Position numbers and translations under genes: made by a program. 64,000 nt of DNA from Candidatus Omnitrophota bacterium (GTDB lineage: Bacteria > Omnitrophota > Gorgyraeia > JABMRG01 > JAFGKX01). Shown in pieces: positions 10,666 to 19,639 of this stretch. A model generated the notes under the pieces. It was not told the origin of the DNA and ran no database searches. It saw nothing but the letters and a program-made list of their open reading frames with translations. Position 1 is the stretch's first letter; every line of letters starts with the position of its first letter. The stretch lies in assembly GCA_043797125.1 (NCBI GenBank), contig JAZDPX010000038.1, positions 4,071-68,070 on the forward strand. The letters run 5' to 3'.

Positions 10666-10698
10666 TCTTATTATTCTATTTTATTGCAGTGAAACTCA

Positions 10699-11268
10699 TT
10701 ATATCATAAACGCGAAATACGCACTATAAAATTGTAAAGATGCCGAAGCTACTCCAGGCGCGCCGACACCCTTATGCTTAAACTGTTCCTTTACTTTGGG
10801 GCGGGTGAAAAAATAGATAAAAGTGAGAGGAAATAATATATTCGGTATGGCAGTAGGTAGAATAAACTTAGGGATTAAGACTAACCTTGCCGGAAGAATT
10901 ATCAAGAGAGGAAGAACCTTAAGACATGTAAATGTCCCCATAAAAATAACCAAAAAATATGAACAATAAATAACAAGTACTCTGGACCAATTCTTAAATT
11001 TCAGTATAATAAAAGTGGATATTAAATAAATTGATCCTACTATATATAACACAACATTGTAACATATATAAGTTTTTAACCAAACAAAAGGGAGAGGACA
11101 AATAATTACCGTAGACGCATATCGCAAAAATAGGGGGCATGATGCAATTGTAGAGATTGGTATGAAGGGAAGTGCTAACGCAAGTGAAGCATAAAAAATG
11201 AGTAAAAGACTAAATATCAAGACTATAATACTAACCACTGTCACCTTGACTGATCCGTTCTTCTTCAT
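10699..11268 (-). CDS. Hypothetical multi-pass membrane protein
   Basis: 189 aa, hydrophobic; contains FFTRPKVKEQFK near the C-terminus; AAGGAG SD. Confidence 0.65.
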   Translation of the reverse strand: MKKNGSVKVTVVSIIVLIFSLLLIFYASLALALPFIPISTIASCPLFLRYASTVIICPLPFVWLKTYICYNVVLYIVGSIYLISTFIILKFKNWSRVLVIYCSYFLVIFMGTFTCLKVLPLLIILPARLVLIPKFILPTAIPNILFPLTFIYFFTRPKVKEQFKHKGVGAPGVASASLQFYSAYFAFMI

Positions 11269-11363
11269 AATTACTCCTTGCGAATGTCGGCTATGAATTT
11301 ACCATTCACTTAAACTGCTCCTTTACGTTGGGGCGGGTAATGATTGCCTGATGCCGAATCGTA

Positions 11364-12245
11364 TTATTGCCTTACTTTTTCCATGGCTTTATTGATCCGC
11401 TCAAGCGCTTTATCAAGAACAAAGTTTTCCCGCTCATCAGCTGTTAAAACGTCGAATAACTCCCTTTCTATGCGAGAACGCATGTCACTAATCTCTGTAT
11501 TTGAGCGGCCAAGATTAACGTGATATTTTTTTAAATCTAAATCCCCGCCGTCTTCCTCCAATTTTTTCTTAAAAAGTTCAACTACTTCCTTATCCGCCAA
11601 ATTGAAATCATGCCGAAGAATAAAATCAAGATCATAAAAATCACGCGGCGCAATAATGTCCCGCAAAGCCGCGGCGCGAAGCTTTTCGCTAACAATCTCT
11701 TTGAGCGATAAACAGTTTACTTTCCCGGCGTCGAACAAGGGTTCTTTGGTAAATGGGTGCAAAAATTTGTGCCGCACTGCCTTCTTCTCTACCGCGCAAA
11801 TTGGATTAAACCTAAGTCCAATTTCAAATTTAATTAACTGATCGGAAGGCTGAAGAACAGATTTATACGCAAAGTAATAGACATATTGCTTAGACTCATT
11901 TCGTCCTGCTTTTTCTATATCTTCGATACGAAAGCCGAGCCCCTTAGCAAATTTTTCTATTTTATTCTTTATGGGCTTTATTGATTTGCGCCGCTTTTCT
12001 CGAGTCGTTGTATGTTTCGGAAGGCGCATACTGAAATCTAAATCTTCGCTTAGACGATAATATGAATAGTAGATTTTATTAAGGCATGTCCCACCTTTAA
12101 ATATAAGATCATCCGAAAGCTCATTAAGCTTCGACAAAATGAATGTTAGATAGTAATCCTTCTCGATGAGGGATGCGCGAAAACCGGCCCGATTGGCGGT
12201 CATATTGATAATATCAGCAAATTGCGCCTTATCCTCGTGAATCAT
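11364..12245 (-). CDS. abiEii: AbiEii-family nucleotidyltransferase toxin (type IV TA)
   Basis: EKDYY, LIFKGGTCL, RLSEDLDF, EKLRA...RDFYD motifs. Confidence 0.9.
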   Translation of the reverse strand: MIHEDKAQFADIINMTANRAGFRASLIEKDYYLTFILSKLNELSDDLIFKGGTCLNKIYYSYYRLSEDLDFSMRLPKHTTTREKRRKSIKPIKNKIEKFAKGLGFRIEDIEKAGRNESKQYVYYFAYKSVLQPSDQLIKFEIGLRFNPICAVEKKAVRHKFLHPFTKEPLFDAGKVNCLSLKEIVSEKLRAAALRDIIAPRDFYDLDFILRHDFNLADKEVVELFKKKLEEDGGDLDLKKYHVNLGRSNTEISDMRSRIERELFDVLTADERENFVLDKALERINKAMEKVRQ

Positions 12246-13029
12246 TGATGATAACTCTCCATTTCTTATTGAGCTTGCCTCTAAATGAACCTGTGAAAGA
12301 ACTGATCGCTGTGTCCTCTATGCTTTTGGTAAGCGGCGCAAGATCTCTCTTGGGATAACCCATTTCATCTAACAACACCCCGATTCGCTTGCGAGTTTTA
12401 ATATTTGGGAATTGTGCCGCGAAACGAATAAATTTCTTTATGTCGCACCTGTCTTTTTTAAGTTCGCGCTTAAGGATTTCAAGAGCGCTTTTAATGCCTC
12501 CAACCGGCTTATTAAAATAGACAAGATCCACCAACGTGCGCTCTAAGGAACTAATCATAACTTCTTGCCCGTTGACATCTATTTTTTCAAGGCCATACAT
12601 CCTGTCTTCATTGATTCGTAAAAAGTTAAATATAACTCCGCAGATTTTCTTTTGCCTGCGCTGTAAAGAAGTGTTCAGGATATACATCACTTGAAAAAGC
12701 TGATCAGTCAAATTGTAGTAGTTATACATCGTTGAATAGCCAATGTAATAGTTTTTCTGCGGGAAGAATTGTGGCGGGATCAACATTTCGTTTATACCGG
12801 CACCCGCTTCACCATATTCGAGAGGCGAAAAAACATACACCCCTCTCTTAATAGTTGAGAAAATACCTTTCTTTTTCAGCTGATAAACAATTTTATTGCG
12901 TTCTATATCATCATACTTGAAAAACGCATCCAAGTCTTCTTTTGTAACGATGCGCTTCTTTTCATAAGAAAGACGAGAAATAACCTCGATTTCTTTCTCT
13001 CCTAAACGTGTTCTTTTTTTCTTATCCAT
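12229..13029 (-). CDS. abiEi: AbiEi-family antitoxin / transcriptional regulator
   Basis: N-terminal wHTH with IKRGVY, YIGYST...YYNLTDQ, SLERTLVD; overlaps abiEii. Confidence 0.85.
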   Translation of the reverse strand: MDKKKRTRLGEKEIEVISRLSYEKKRIVTKEDLDAFFKYDDIERNKIVYQLKKKGIFSTIKRGVYVFSPLEYGEAGAGINEMLIPPQFFPQKNYYIGYSTMYNYYNLTDQLFQVMYILNTSLQRRQKKICGVIFNFLRINEDRMYGLEKIDVNGQEVMISSLERTLVDLVYFNKPVGGIKSALEILKRELKKDRCDIKKFIRFAAQFPNIKTRKRIGVLLDEMGYPKRDLAPLTKSIEDTAISSFTGSFRGKLNKKWRVIINDSRG

Positions 13030-13071
13030 AATACCCTCACAAAGGATTATTGTTAATTTTTTTATATGTAT

Positions 13072-13099
13072 AGAATATCACACTATTTTGCTATGTCAA
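13072..13099 (-). promoter_or_regulatory. Putative sigma70 promoter of abiE operon
   Basis: TTGACA-16 bp-TATTCT with TG extension on minus strand. Confidence 0.5.
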
Positions 13100-13161
13100 T
13101 AAGATTCTGCGCATGTCAATCAAAATGCTCACCTAAAGTCTAATAATTCTTAGTGTATAAT

Positions 13162-13286
13162 TACAGACGTTTTGGATTTTAAGCTTCAACCTGCCCCATC
13201 TTTGTGTTGTAACCTGCTCTTATTCAAGGTACACTTTCGTGCTTAAACTTGGGTCAGGTTGAAGCTTAATTTGCGAAACGTCTGTA
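13162..13286. mobile_element. MITE-like element with ~37 bp imperfect terminal inverted repeats
   Basis: TACAGACGTTTTGGATTTTAAGCTTCAACCTGCCCCA ... TGGGTCAGGTTGAAGCTTAATTTGCGAAACGTCTGTA; no ORF. Confidence 0.6.
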
Positions 13287-13303
13287 CATGATTGGCAGGC
13301 GAT

Positions 13304-16300
13304 TTACGCACTTGCTGCAAAGGCGCCAATGGCGTGAATATCGAAATTTGGTTGGCTTTCGTAAGCTTTGAGGTTGGATTGGCCTACAGGATCTTCAACA
13401 TAGACATTTGTCAATTTAATACTTTTAAATTCTGGCTTTTTATTTAAACGTAAAGCTAAGTCTACGCCTTTTTTACCTCTGTAAACAGCTATAGGTAGAT
13501 TTAACTCTAATATGTCGTTTATTATATCTTCTGCAAAATCTGGAAACTTTTCTTTACGTACATGAGCTTTAGCAATGGCATTTCCCAAATTATCCGCTGT
13601 CTTTTTATGTTCTCCTGCTGGGTAAAGATATCTTAGTAAAACATAATATAGGCCTCTTGAATCCTCATTATTAACAACCTCTTCATCGATAATCTCTCTT
13701 TTTTCATCATAGCTAAGTTTATCAAATACAGCTTTAGGGTAGTCAAATATTGGTGATAGGATTAGATTGATGTTTCCGTATATGTCGACCTGATAATAAT
13801 AGCCCTGACTAAAGGCGCGCCGGCGATCAACTGTTTCCCAAATCTTTTTCTTTGCCGCAGAATCACAAACCTCAAAGCCTCTTGCAGACAATACGTTAAT
13901 ATCAGGCTCAGGAAACGTTGAATTTTTATTCCATCCCTCATACCCATCCTGTATGTACTGTAATATTCCCTGCTTTTTAAGTAAGGATATAAGCTTTATT
14001 TCTATATTGTCTGCAAGTTCAGGCCAGCTTATGCCGTTTTTCTTAACAAACACAGGGGGTTTTTCAAATCTGAGGTGAATTTCATGCTTGTGCTCATAAA
14101 GATTTTTTATCATATTAAAGTAGCGTCTTACATAATGCGCTGTGAGCCTTTCTTCGTTGTAATTGTATTTTTTACACAACCTGATAAAATCGCCGTCAAA
14201 AGGATGAACAGAAATCTCAATATCATAAAGCAGACCGGAGTCATTTATGTGTTTCAAATTTCTATACATAAGGTCCTGATATTTTTCAATGGCACCATGC
14301 GTTATAAGGCCGTAAGCTATTTTTGAAAAAGGATTGTAATCCAGCATTTTTTTAATATCATGGTATAGTGCACCGCATACATCCTCATAAAGAAGTGGTT
14401 CAAAGTCGTAACTGTTGTGATGTAAAAAACCATTTTTGGCAAGCATTACGACCAGGGGATACGGCATACATCTTTTTGCGCGTATTATTCCTACTAACTT
14501 TATTACGGGGCAAAAAATGCAGCCATTGCCACAGTATCCAGCAGGTCTAACATTTAAATATGAACAGTATCTTGTAAAGCCTAGTGTGTCTATCTCTTTA
14601 AAATGCTCCTGCGGAAACTGCTCGAGTATTTCTTTTGCTGTCATTTTCGGTACATTGCGGAAATACGATATTGTTTTATGCAGCTCCTTGCATAACTCTT
14701 GTGGCATAGGCCCTTTTATGCGCTCTGCCTGCTTTAAAAGCTCCTTGCCGTTTTTGTTTAATATACCGAAATCCTCATAATAGGAATAAACCTTTTTAAA
14801 GTAATCCAGGTTTGCTGCGACATATTCAGCCTCGATAACAATTTTCCCTTTACTTGCCATCGGCCGCAAGGCGGCGGAATCGATGGCTTCGAGGCTTTGA
14901 ATATCTTTAAATAGAGTTGGCTCTAAGCCATTTTGTTCACATAATATTGATAAAATTTTATGTGCCTCCTCATTGCTGTTAGTGTCAAATGAAACAATAT
15001 TTTTCGCGGGATCCCAAATGCATGGGAATACCATTGCTTCACGGTTTTCGCCGCTTCCAACACGTCTCAGTTTTACCAATACTACATATAGATACTCCTT
15101 AGAAGCAGTTTTGATGCGATTATGAAAGAAAAATCCATGCGAGCCAGCCTCATCCAATAATACTATTCTGTCTTTCCTTCCATGCTTTTGTTTTAATACT
15201 TTGAAAAGTTTTGTAAAATAATGCGGTAAAAAATGATAATATGAATCATGGTATAGTTTTTTTCCATGGGATGCGTTAAACCATCCATTATCCTCATGTA
15301 AAACCCTGTATGGCAGTTTATAAAAAGCTGCGTTGAAGCTTTGATCGCGCTGCTTTGCTTTAACTTTTCTTTCAAATTGTTTTGAAAGTGAATCGCCTCT
15401 TATTACAACAATATTCTGTGTCAAATTCGTTAAATTAAGATTACGGTATTTATTACCATAAACAGTACTATCTCTGCAATCAGGGTCTATCGCAAGTCGA
15501 AGCTCACTTTTACCTACGCCGCCTTCGCCATCAACCAAAATTAAAATCGGCATATCTGGATTAATGTCTCTTTGCTTTTTCACAATTGCCTGCAATTGAC
15601 CTAATACTATGTCAACAGGCTTAAAACCTAGTTTTTCATCTATTATCGATTGGGTTTTATTATAATTACCCTGCTTCACAGTTTTTATGCCTAAGCTTTT
15701 AAGTAAGAGCTTAAAATCAAAAGGCTGATATAGAATTATATCAGAGCCGTGCTGTCTCAACCCTGCGGAATGCTCCGACTTATAGCAAAGGCCTACGCAA
15801 AATGCGCCGCCGGTTTTCATGGCGCCTATGCCGTTTCTGGTAGGGCCGTCATCTATAGCCACGACTGAATTATCCGGATAACCTCTTACGATTTTACTCA
15901 CTTCTTTGGTTTTGTTTTCTACGTTTCCGCGTATATTATCCTTTGGGATATATTTAGTTATTCCTAGTTCTTCTGCAAGGTTTAGTTCTGTCAAATTGCG
16001 GCTCCAGCTGACTATATGCATATCTACGCCTGCGTCTTTTGCTGATTGCAAAGCATCAAATATCCCTGGCACTATACAAAGGGTGGGGTCTGCTTTCCAT
16101 TCTTTTAAATGACTCTTTATGTATTTTTCTGCTTGCACAAAGTTAATCCCTGTGTAAAATCTAGCATCATCTATGCATAATGGCAAATTATGCGTTTTTA
16201 GGCTTTCAATAAATGCACTGATGCAGCCAGACAGTTTTCCTGGATTTTCTTTTAGCGTATCGAGTTTTGAGCCAATTGTATCCCAGAATAAGCTATTATA

Positions 16301-16684
16301 TTTTTTAAAATTATCTTTTCTAAAAGACTCTATATCAACCTTTTGCGGTTCCAGCCCATCAAGCACAATTCGAAATCTGTCTATATTTGACATCTCATTT
16401 TTGGTTTTATCAAAAAAATCCTTAGCTTTTTTAACATCGCCAAACTGCATACTTGTTATTATGGCGGTCTGCAATATCCATTTGATGGAATCTATGCCTG
16501 TAAATATGACGTCATCCCAGTCAAGAATAAGAGCTTTAACGCCGTTTTTCTTAAGCAGCTCTAAATTTTTGTGGTTTATTATTTTTATTAAACCTACGCT
16601 TTTACTCGCCATCGGCCTAAGAGCAAACCCCTGCTGCGGGGCAACTAATATGATCGCTATTATTATCGCAAGTATTTTTTTCAT
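13304..16684 (-). CDS. Exported multidomain 'ALRP' protein: HAD-like + P-loop NTPase module, then radical-SAM-like module
   Basis: Signal peptide then ALRPMASK; LILDWDD and AIDDG (HAD); GEGGVGKS (Walker A); internal ALRPMASK at aa 605; CGNGCIFC (CxxxCxxC); ends AFAASA. Confidence 0.75.
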   Translation of the reverse strand: MKKILAIIIAIILVAPQQGFALRPMASKSVGLIKIINHKNLELLKKNGVKALILDWDDVIFTGIDSIKWILQTAIITSMQFGDVKKAKDFFDKTKNEMSNIDRFRIVLDGLEPQKVDIESFRKDNFKKYNSLFWDTIGSKLDTLKENPGKLSGCISAFIESLKTHNLPLCIDDARFYTGINFVQAEKYIKSHLKEWKADPTLCIVPGIFDALQSAKDAGVDMHIVSWSRNLTELNLAEELGITKYIPKDNIRGNVENKTKEVSKIVRGYPDNSVVAIDDGPTRNGIGAMKTGGAFCVGLCYKSEHSAGLRQHGSDIILYQPFDFKLLLKSLGIKTVKQGNYNKTQSIIDEKLGFKPVDIVLGQLQAIVKKQRDINPDMPILILVDGEGGVGKSELRLAIDPDCRDSTVYGNKYRNLNLTNLTQNIVVIRGDSLSKQFERKVKAKQRDQSFNAAFYKLPYRVLHEDNGWFNASHGKKLYHDSYYHFLPHYFTKLFKVLKQKHGRKDRIVLLDEAGSHGFFFHNRIKTASKEYLYVVLVKLRRVGSGENREAMVFPCIWDPAKNIVSFDTNSNEEAHKILSILCEQNGLEPTLFKDIQSLEAIDSAALRPMASKGKIVIEAEYVAANLDYFKKVYSYYEDFGILNKNGKELLKQAERIKGPMPQELCKELHKTISYFRNVPKMTAKEILEQFPQEHFKEIDTLGFTRYCSYLNVRPAGYCGNGCIFCPVIKLVGIIRAKRCMPYPLVVMLAKNGFLHHNSYDFEPLLYEDVCGALYHDIKKMLDYNPFSKIAYGLITHGAIEKYQDLMYRNLKHINDSGLLYDIEISVHPFDGDFIRLCKKYNYNEERLTAHYVRRYFNMIKNLYEHKHEIHLRFEKPPVFVKKNGISWPELADNIEIKLISLLKKQGILQYIQDGYEGWNKNSTFPEPDINVLSARGFEVCDSAAKKKIWETVDRRRAFSQGYYYQVDIYGNINLILSPIFDYPKAVFDKLSYDEKREIIDEEVVNNEDSRGLYYVLLRYLYPAGEHKKTADNLGNAIAKAHVRKEKFPDFAEDIINDILELNLPIAVYRGKKGVDLALRLNKKPEFKSIKLTNVYVEDPVGQSNLKAYESQPNFDIHAIGAFAASA

Positions 16685-16685
16685 A

Positions 16686-18305
16686 TCATTCTCGGATTTC
16701 TAACAAGGTTAGATTAACCTGGTTAGATGCATGTTTTTTTGCTGCTGCAGGACGTAGAGCGCAGGAGTCTGTGGATTGCGTTACTTTTAATTTATAATTT
16801 GTGAATACAAAACCTACTCCAAAAAAGAAAGTAGATAAATTTTTACCTGAAAGTTCTTTTGGATTAAAAAGCAAAAGCTCCTCCTGCTGTGTTAACAAGC
16901 CATTATTTTTAAGCCAGGATATAACTTCAAAACATTGTTTTTCACGCGTCATTTTATACGCCTCTACTTCACCCATATGTACACAAATTTGCTTAACATG
17001 GGCTATTAGTAGTTTTTCGCAAATTTGAGCCGCTACCAATCTGGCAAGATTTAAATTTCCCGTGTTAGCTTCTACAACATTTGCAATGCTAATTTCTACT
17101 GCTTCTTTTGGCAGTGTATTGGAAACAAACTCCTTTAAAGTGTTCTGATCTGCGCCTTCTAAATATTTATCAATTACTAACAGCATGGATTGTGGTTTAC
17201 CTCCGTAAATTATGTGCTTGCCCGGAATATTATATCGCCTGATAAGCTCTGAATGTGCTGAGCCCATCAATGAAACTATAATTGCTTCATTGTCCTTTGA
17301 TAAAATATCCTCTGCCTGTTTTATAAACACGTCGTTAAAAGACTGAATATGTTTTAAATAAGCCTCATACCTATCAAAGCAGCCTTTCAAATAGCCGTTT
17401 AAATCTCCCGAAAAAAAAGAGTCGCCAGCATCGAGGAATATTTTATCATGTAATAATTTTTTTTGCATTATATCCACATTCAGGTTGCTGGGAAACATCT
17501 TATGTATTTTATATCTATTTTTTGCTAGAAAAGTATGATAGGCAAAAGCGGCGTCAAAAAATTGACCTGGATTTAAGTTTCTGACATAGCCGGTTTTTTT
17601 GATATTATCTAAATATTCTTGAGCTGACAAAGCATAATCTTGTAGTTGTTGAGCTAAAACATCAGAATGCTTAGACAGCTTATAATCAGGCGGGAACATC
17701 TCAACCATGACATAAATATGTTTTTTTTCTTTAAACCCGGCATCCATAGCATATTGCATATGCGGTATTGCAGCATCAATATTTTCTTTTGTTGCATGTG
17801 TGGTAAAAAATAACTTTGCAGCATCCTTTAACAGAGGTCTCGTCAACCAATCATAGAGTGCATAGGCGCCTGTCGATGCTATTGCTATTCCTCCAATAGT
17901 ATATATTAATTTTTTTGTATTATTTCTATGTAGTTTCGTTTTTATAAGTTTCTCATATTCAATTTTAAAATGTTTATCAAGATCGGTAAGATCTATAGCG
18001 CCTTTTTTCTTTTTTAGGACAGATATTTCTATTTCAGTTGAATCTGACATTCGAAATGTGATTAGGATTGTGTTTTTCTTACTTTTCGGGTTGGTTATCG
18101 TGATATGCTTAATATCTGAATAAAGTTGGCTTGATATAAAGTGTTTACTTAGGGCTTGTCCTACGTCATTTGGAATGTTTCGCAGCGCCTGAATCTTGGG
18201 CACATTTTTTTCTATTAACTCACTTGAGGATATGGGCCTCAACGCATATGCCTGTTGTGTCATAGTAAGCATAAAACAAATTAATATTGATAATATTTTT
18301 TGCAT
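16686..18305 (-). CDS. Exported 'ALRP' protein of unknown function
   Basis: Signal peptide ...QQAYALRPISS; one internal hydrophobic segment; second ALRP near C-terminus (STDSCALRPAAA). Confidence 0.7.
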   Translation of the reverse strand: MQKILSILICFMLTMTQQAYALRPISSSELIEKNVPKIQALRNIPNDVGQALSKHFISSQLYSDIKHITITNPKSKKNTILITFRMSDSTEIEISVLKKKKGAIDLTDLDKHFKIEYEKLIKTKLHRNNTKKLIYTIGGIAIASTGAYALYDWLTRPLLKDAAKLFFTTHATKENIDAAIPHMQYAMDAGFKEKKHIYVMVEMFPPDYKLSKHSDVLAQQLQDYALSAQEYLDNIKKTGYVRNLNPGQFFDAAFAYHTFLAKNRYKIHKMFPSNLNVDIMQKKLLHDKIFLDAGDSFFSGDLNGYLKGCFDRYEAYLKHIQSFNDVFIKQAEDILSKDNEAIIVSLMGSAHSELIRRYNIPGKHIIYGGKPQSMLLVIDKYLEGADQNTLKEFVSNTLPKEAVEISIANVVEANTGNLNLARLVAAQICEKLLIAHVKQICVHMGEVEAYKMTREKQCFEVISWLKNNGLLTQQEELLLFNPKELSGKNLSTFFFGVGFVFTNYKLKVTQSTDSCALRPAAAKKHASNQVNLTLLEIRE

Positions 18306-18442
18306 ATTTTTGCTCTTTTAATTAGAGACTTCGTAATACCTTTAATTAAATGTCTTAATTATGTCCAAAATAAATCAACCCCTTGAAATCAGCTATAGCG
18401 CTGAAACCAAGAGGTCGCCCTTTTCATTTACTAGTTATTAAT

Positions 18443-18471
18443 AGTATAACACAGAGAGTTTGATATAGCAA
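18443..18471 (-). promoter_or_regulatory. Putative sigma70 promoter for the ALRP gene pair
   Basis: TTGCTA-17 bp-TATACT with TGn extension. Confidence 0.5.
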
Positions 18472-18559
18472 GAAAATTCAAAAAACGCATTTTAACATAG
18501 ACAATGCCCGAAGATTTAATTCTCCGCCGGGAGGCGGCTCCTACGCAAAATTGGCAACC

Positions 18560-19633
18560 TCAAACATTAAACTTAATATCCAGCATATCGCCGTCTTGGA
18601 CTATATAATCCTTGCCCTTAAGATATGCTTTGCCGGCCTCTTTTACAGCTTGCTCGCTGCCATATTGGACGAAATCGCTGTATTTCATCACTTCAGCCCG
18701 GATGAAACCTCTTTGCAGATCTGTATGTATGGCGCCGGCGGCTTCAGGCGCCGTTGAGCCGGCGCGAATGGTCCATTGCCTGACTTCGTCAGGCCCGACC
18801 GTGAAAAACGATATCAAATTCAATGCCTTCATGCAAAGGCGGGTCATTTTATCAATCGCAGCTTCGTCTATGCCGAGCTCTTTTAAAAATTCTTTTCTTT
18901 CCTCATCAGATTCAAGCTGGGCTATCTCGTCTTCAACTTTAGCGGAAACCTGCATAATGTCTATTCCTTGGGGTTTATAATTAAGCCTTAGCTTATCGAT
19001 AAAATCTGTGTTTTTAAGGCTCTCCTCAGAAATATTCAGGGCTATTATTAAGTTCTTACGGGTAACAAAGGGGTAACTTGATATTAGCTTCTTTTCGTCG
19101 TTAGTCAGCTCAAGCAACCTTAACGGTAGTTCTTTATCAAGGTGCGGCTTTAATTTAGACAGCACTTCCTTTTCTTTTATAGCCGCCTCTTCTCTTATCT
19201 GCTTTATTTTTTTATCAATTCTTTCGTTCCTTGTTTCAATGAAGATAAGGTCGTGTAAAATAAGTTCCGAATTTACTGTGTCTATGTCGCGCTTTGGGTC
19301 AATAGAACCTTCTATGTGATATATGGATTCGTCTTTAAATGCCCTCACAACATGGCATACTGCGTCGAGTTCGTTTATGTCGGCGAAGATGTCGCCTTTA
19401 GCTATTGTGTCTTTTTCTATTTTCGGCAAAAGCTCAATGTCTATTCTCGCACGCACTTCTTTTTTCGGTTTGTACGTTTTAGCCAGGTTGTCAAACCTCG
19501 GGTCTTTTATCTGAGCGACTGCCTTTATTGGCTTGTTTGAGGCAAGTTCGTTTTCCGTGGGCTTGTGATTAGTGAGAAGCTCAAAAAGAGTTTTCTTCCC
19601 TGTTTGCGGTAATCCTATTATTCCGATTTTCAT
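18560..19633 (-). CDS. ychF: Redox-regulated ATPase YchF
   Basis: GIIGLPQTGKKT, HVVRAF, FFTVGPDEVRQW, AAGAIHTD, GFIRAEV, GKDYIVQDGD. Confidence 0.9.
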   Translation of the reverse strand: MKIGIIGLPQTGKKTLFELLTNHKPTENELASNKPIKAVAQIKDPRFDNLAKTYKPKKEVRARIDIELLPKIEKDTIAKGDIFADINELDAVCHVVRAFKDESIYHIEGSIDPKRDIDTVNSELILHDLIFIETRNERIDKKIKQIREEAAIKEKEVLSKLKPHLDKELPLRLLELTNDEKKLISSYPFVTRKNLIIALNISEESLKNTDFIDKLRLNYKPQGIDIMQVSAKVEDEIAQLESDEERKEFLKELGIDEAAIDKMTRLCMKALNLISFFTVGPDEVRQWTIRAGSTAPEAAGAIHTDLQRGFIRAEVMKYSDFVQYGSEQAVKEAGKAYLKGKDYIVQDGDMLDIKFNV

Positions 19634-19639
19634 ATTATT

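Noticed and set aside
1-13300. Integron cassette array (co-oriented unrelated genes plus a TA module)
   Set aside because: Genes overlap or abut, no repeated attC-like sites were found by eye, and no integrase is present.
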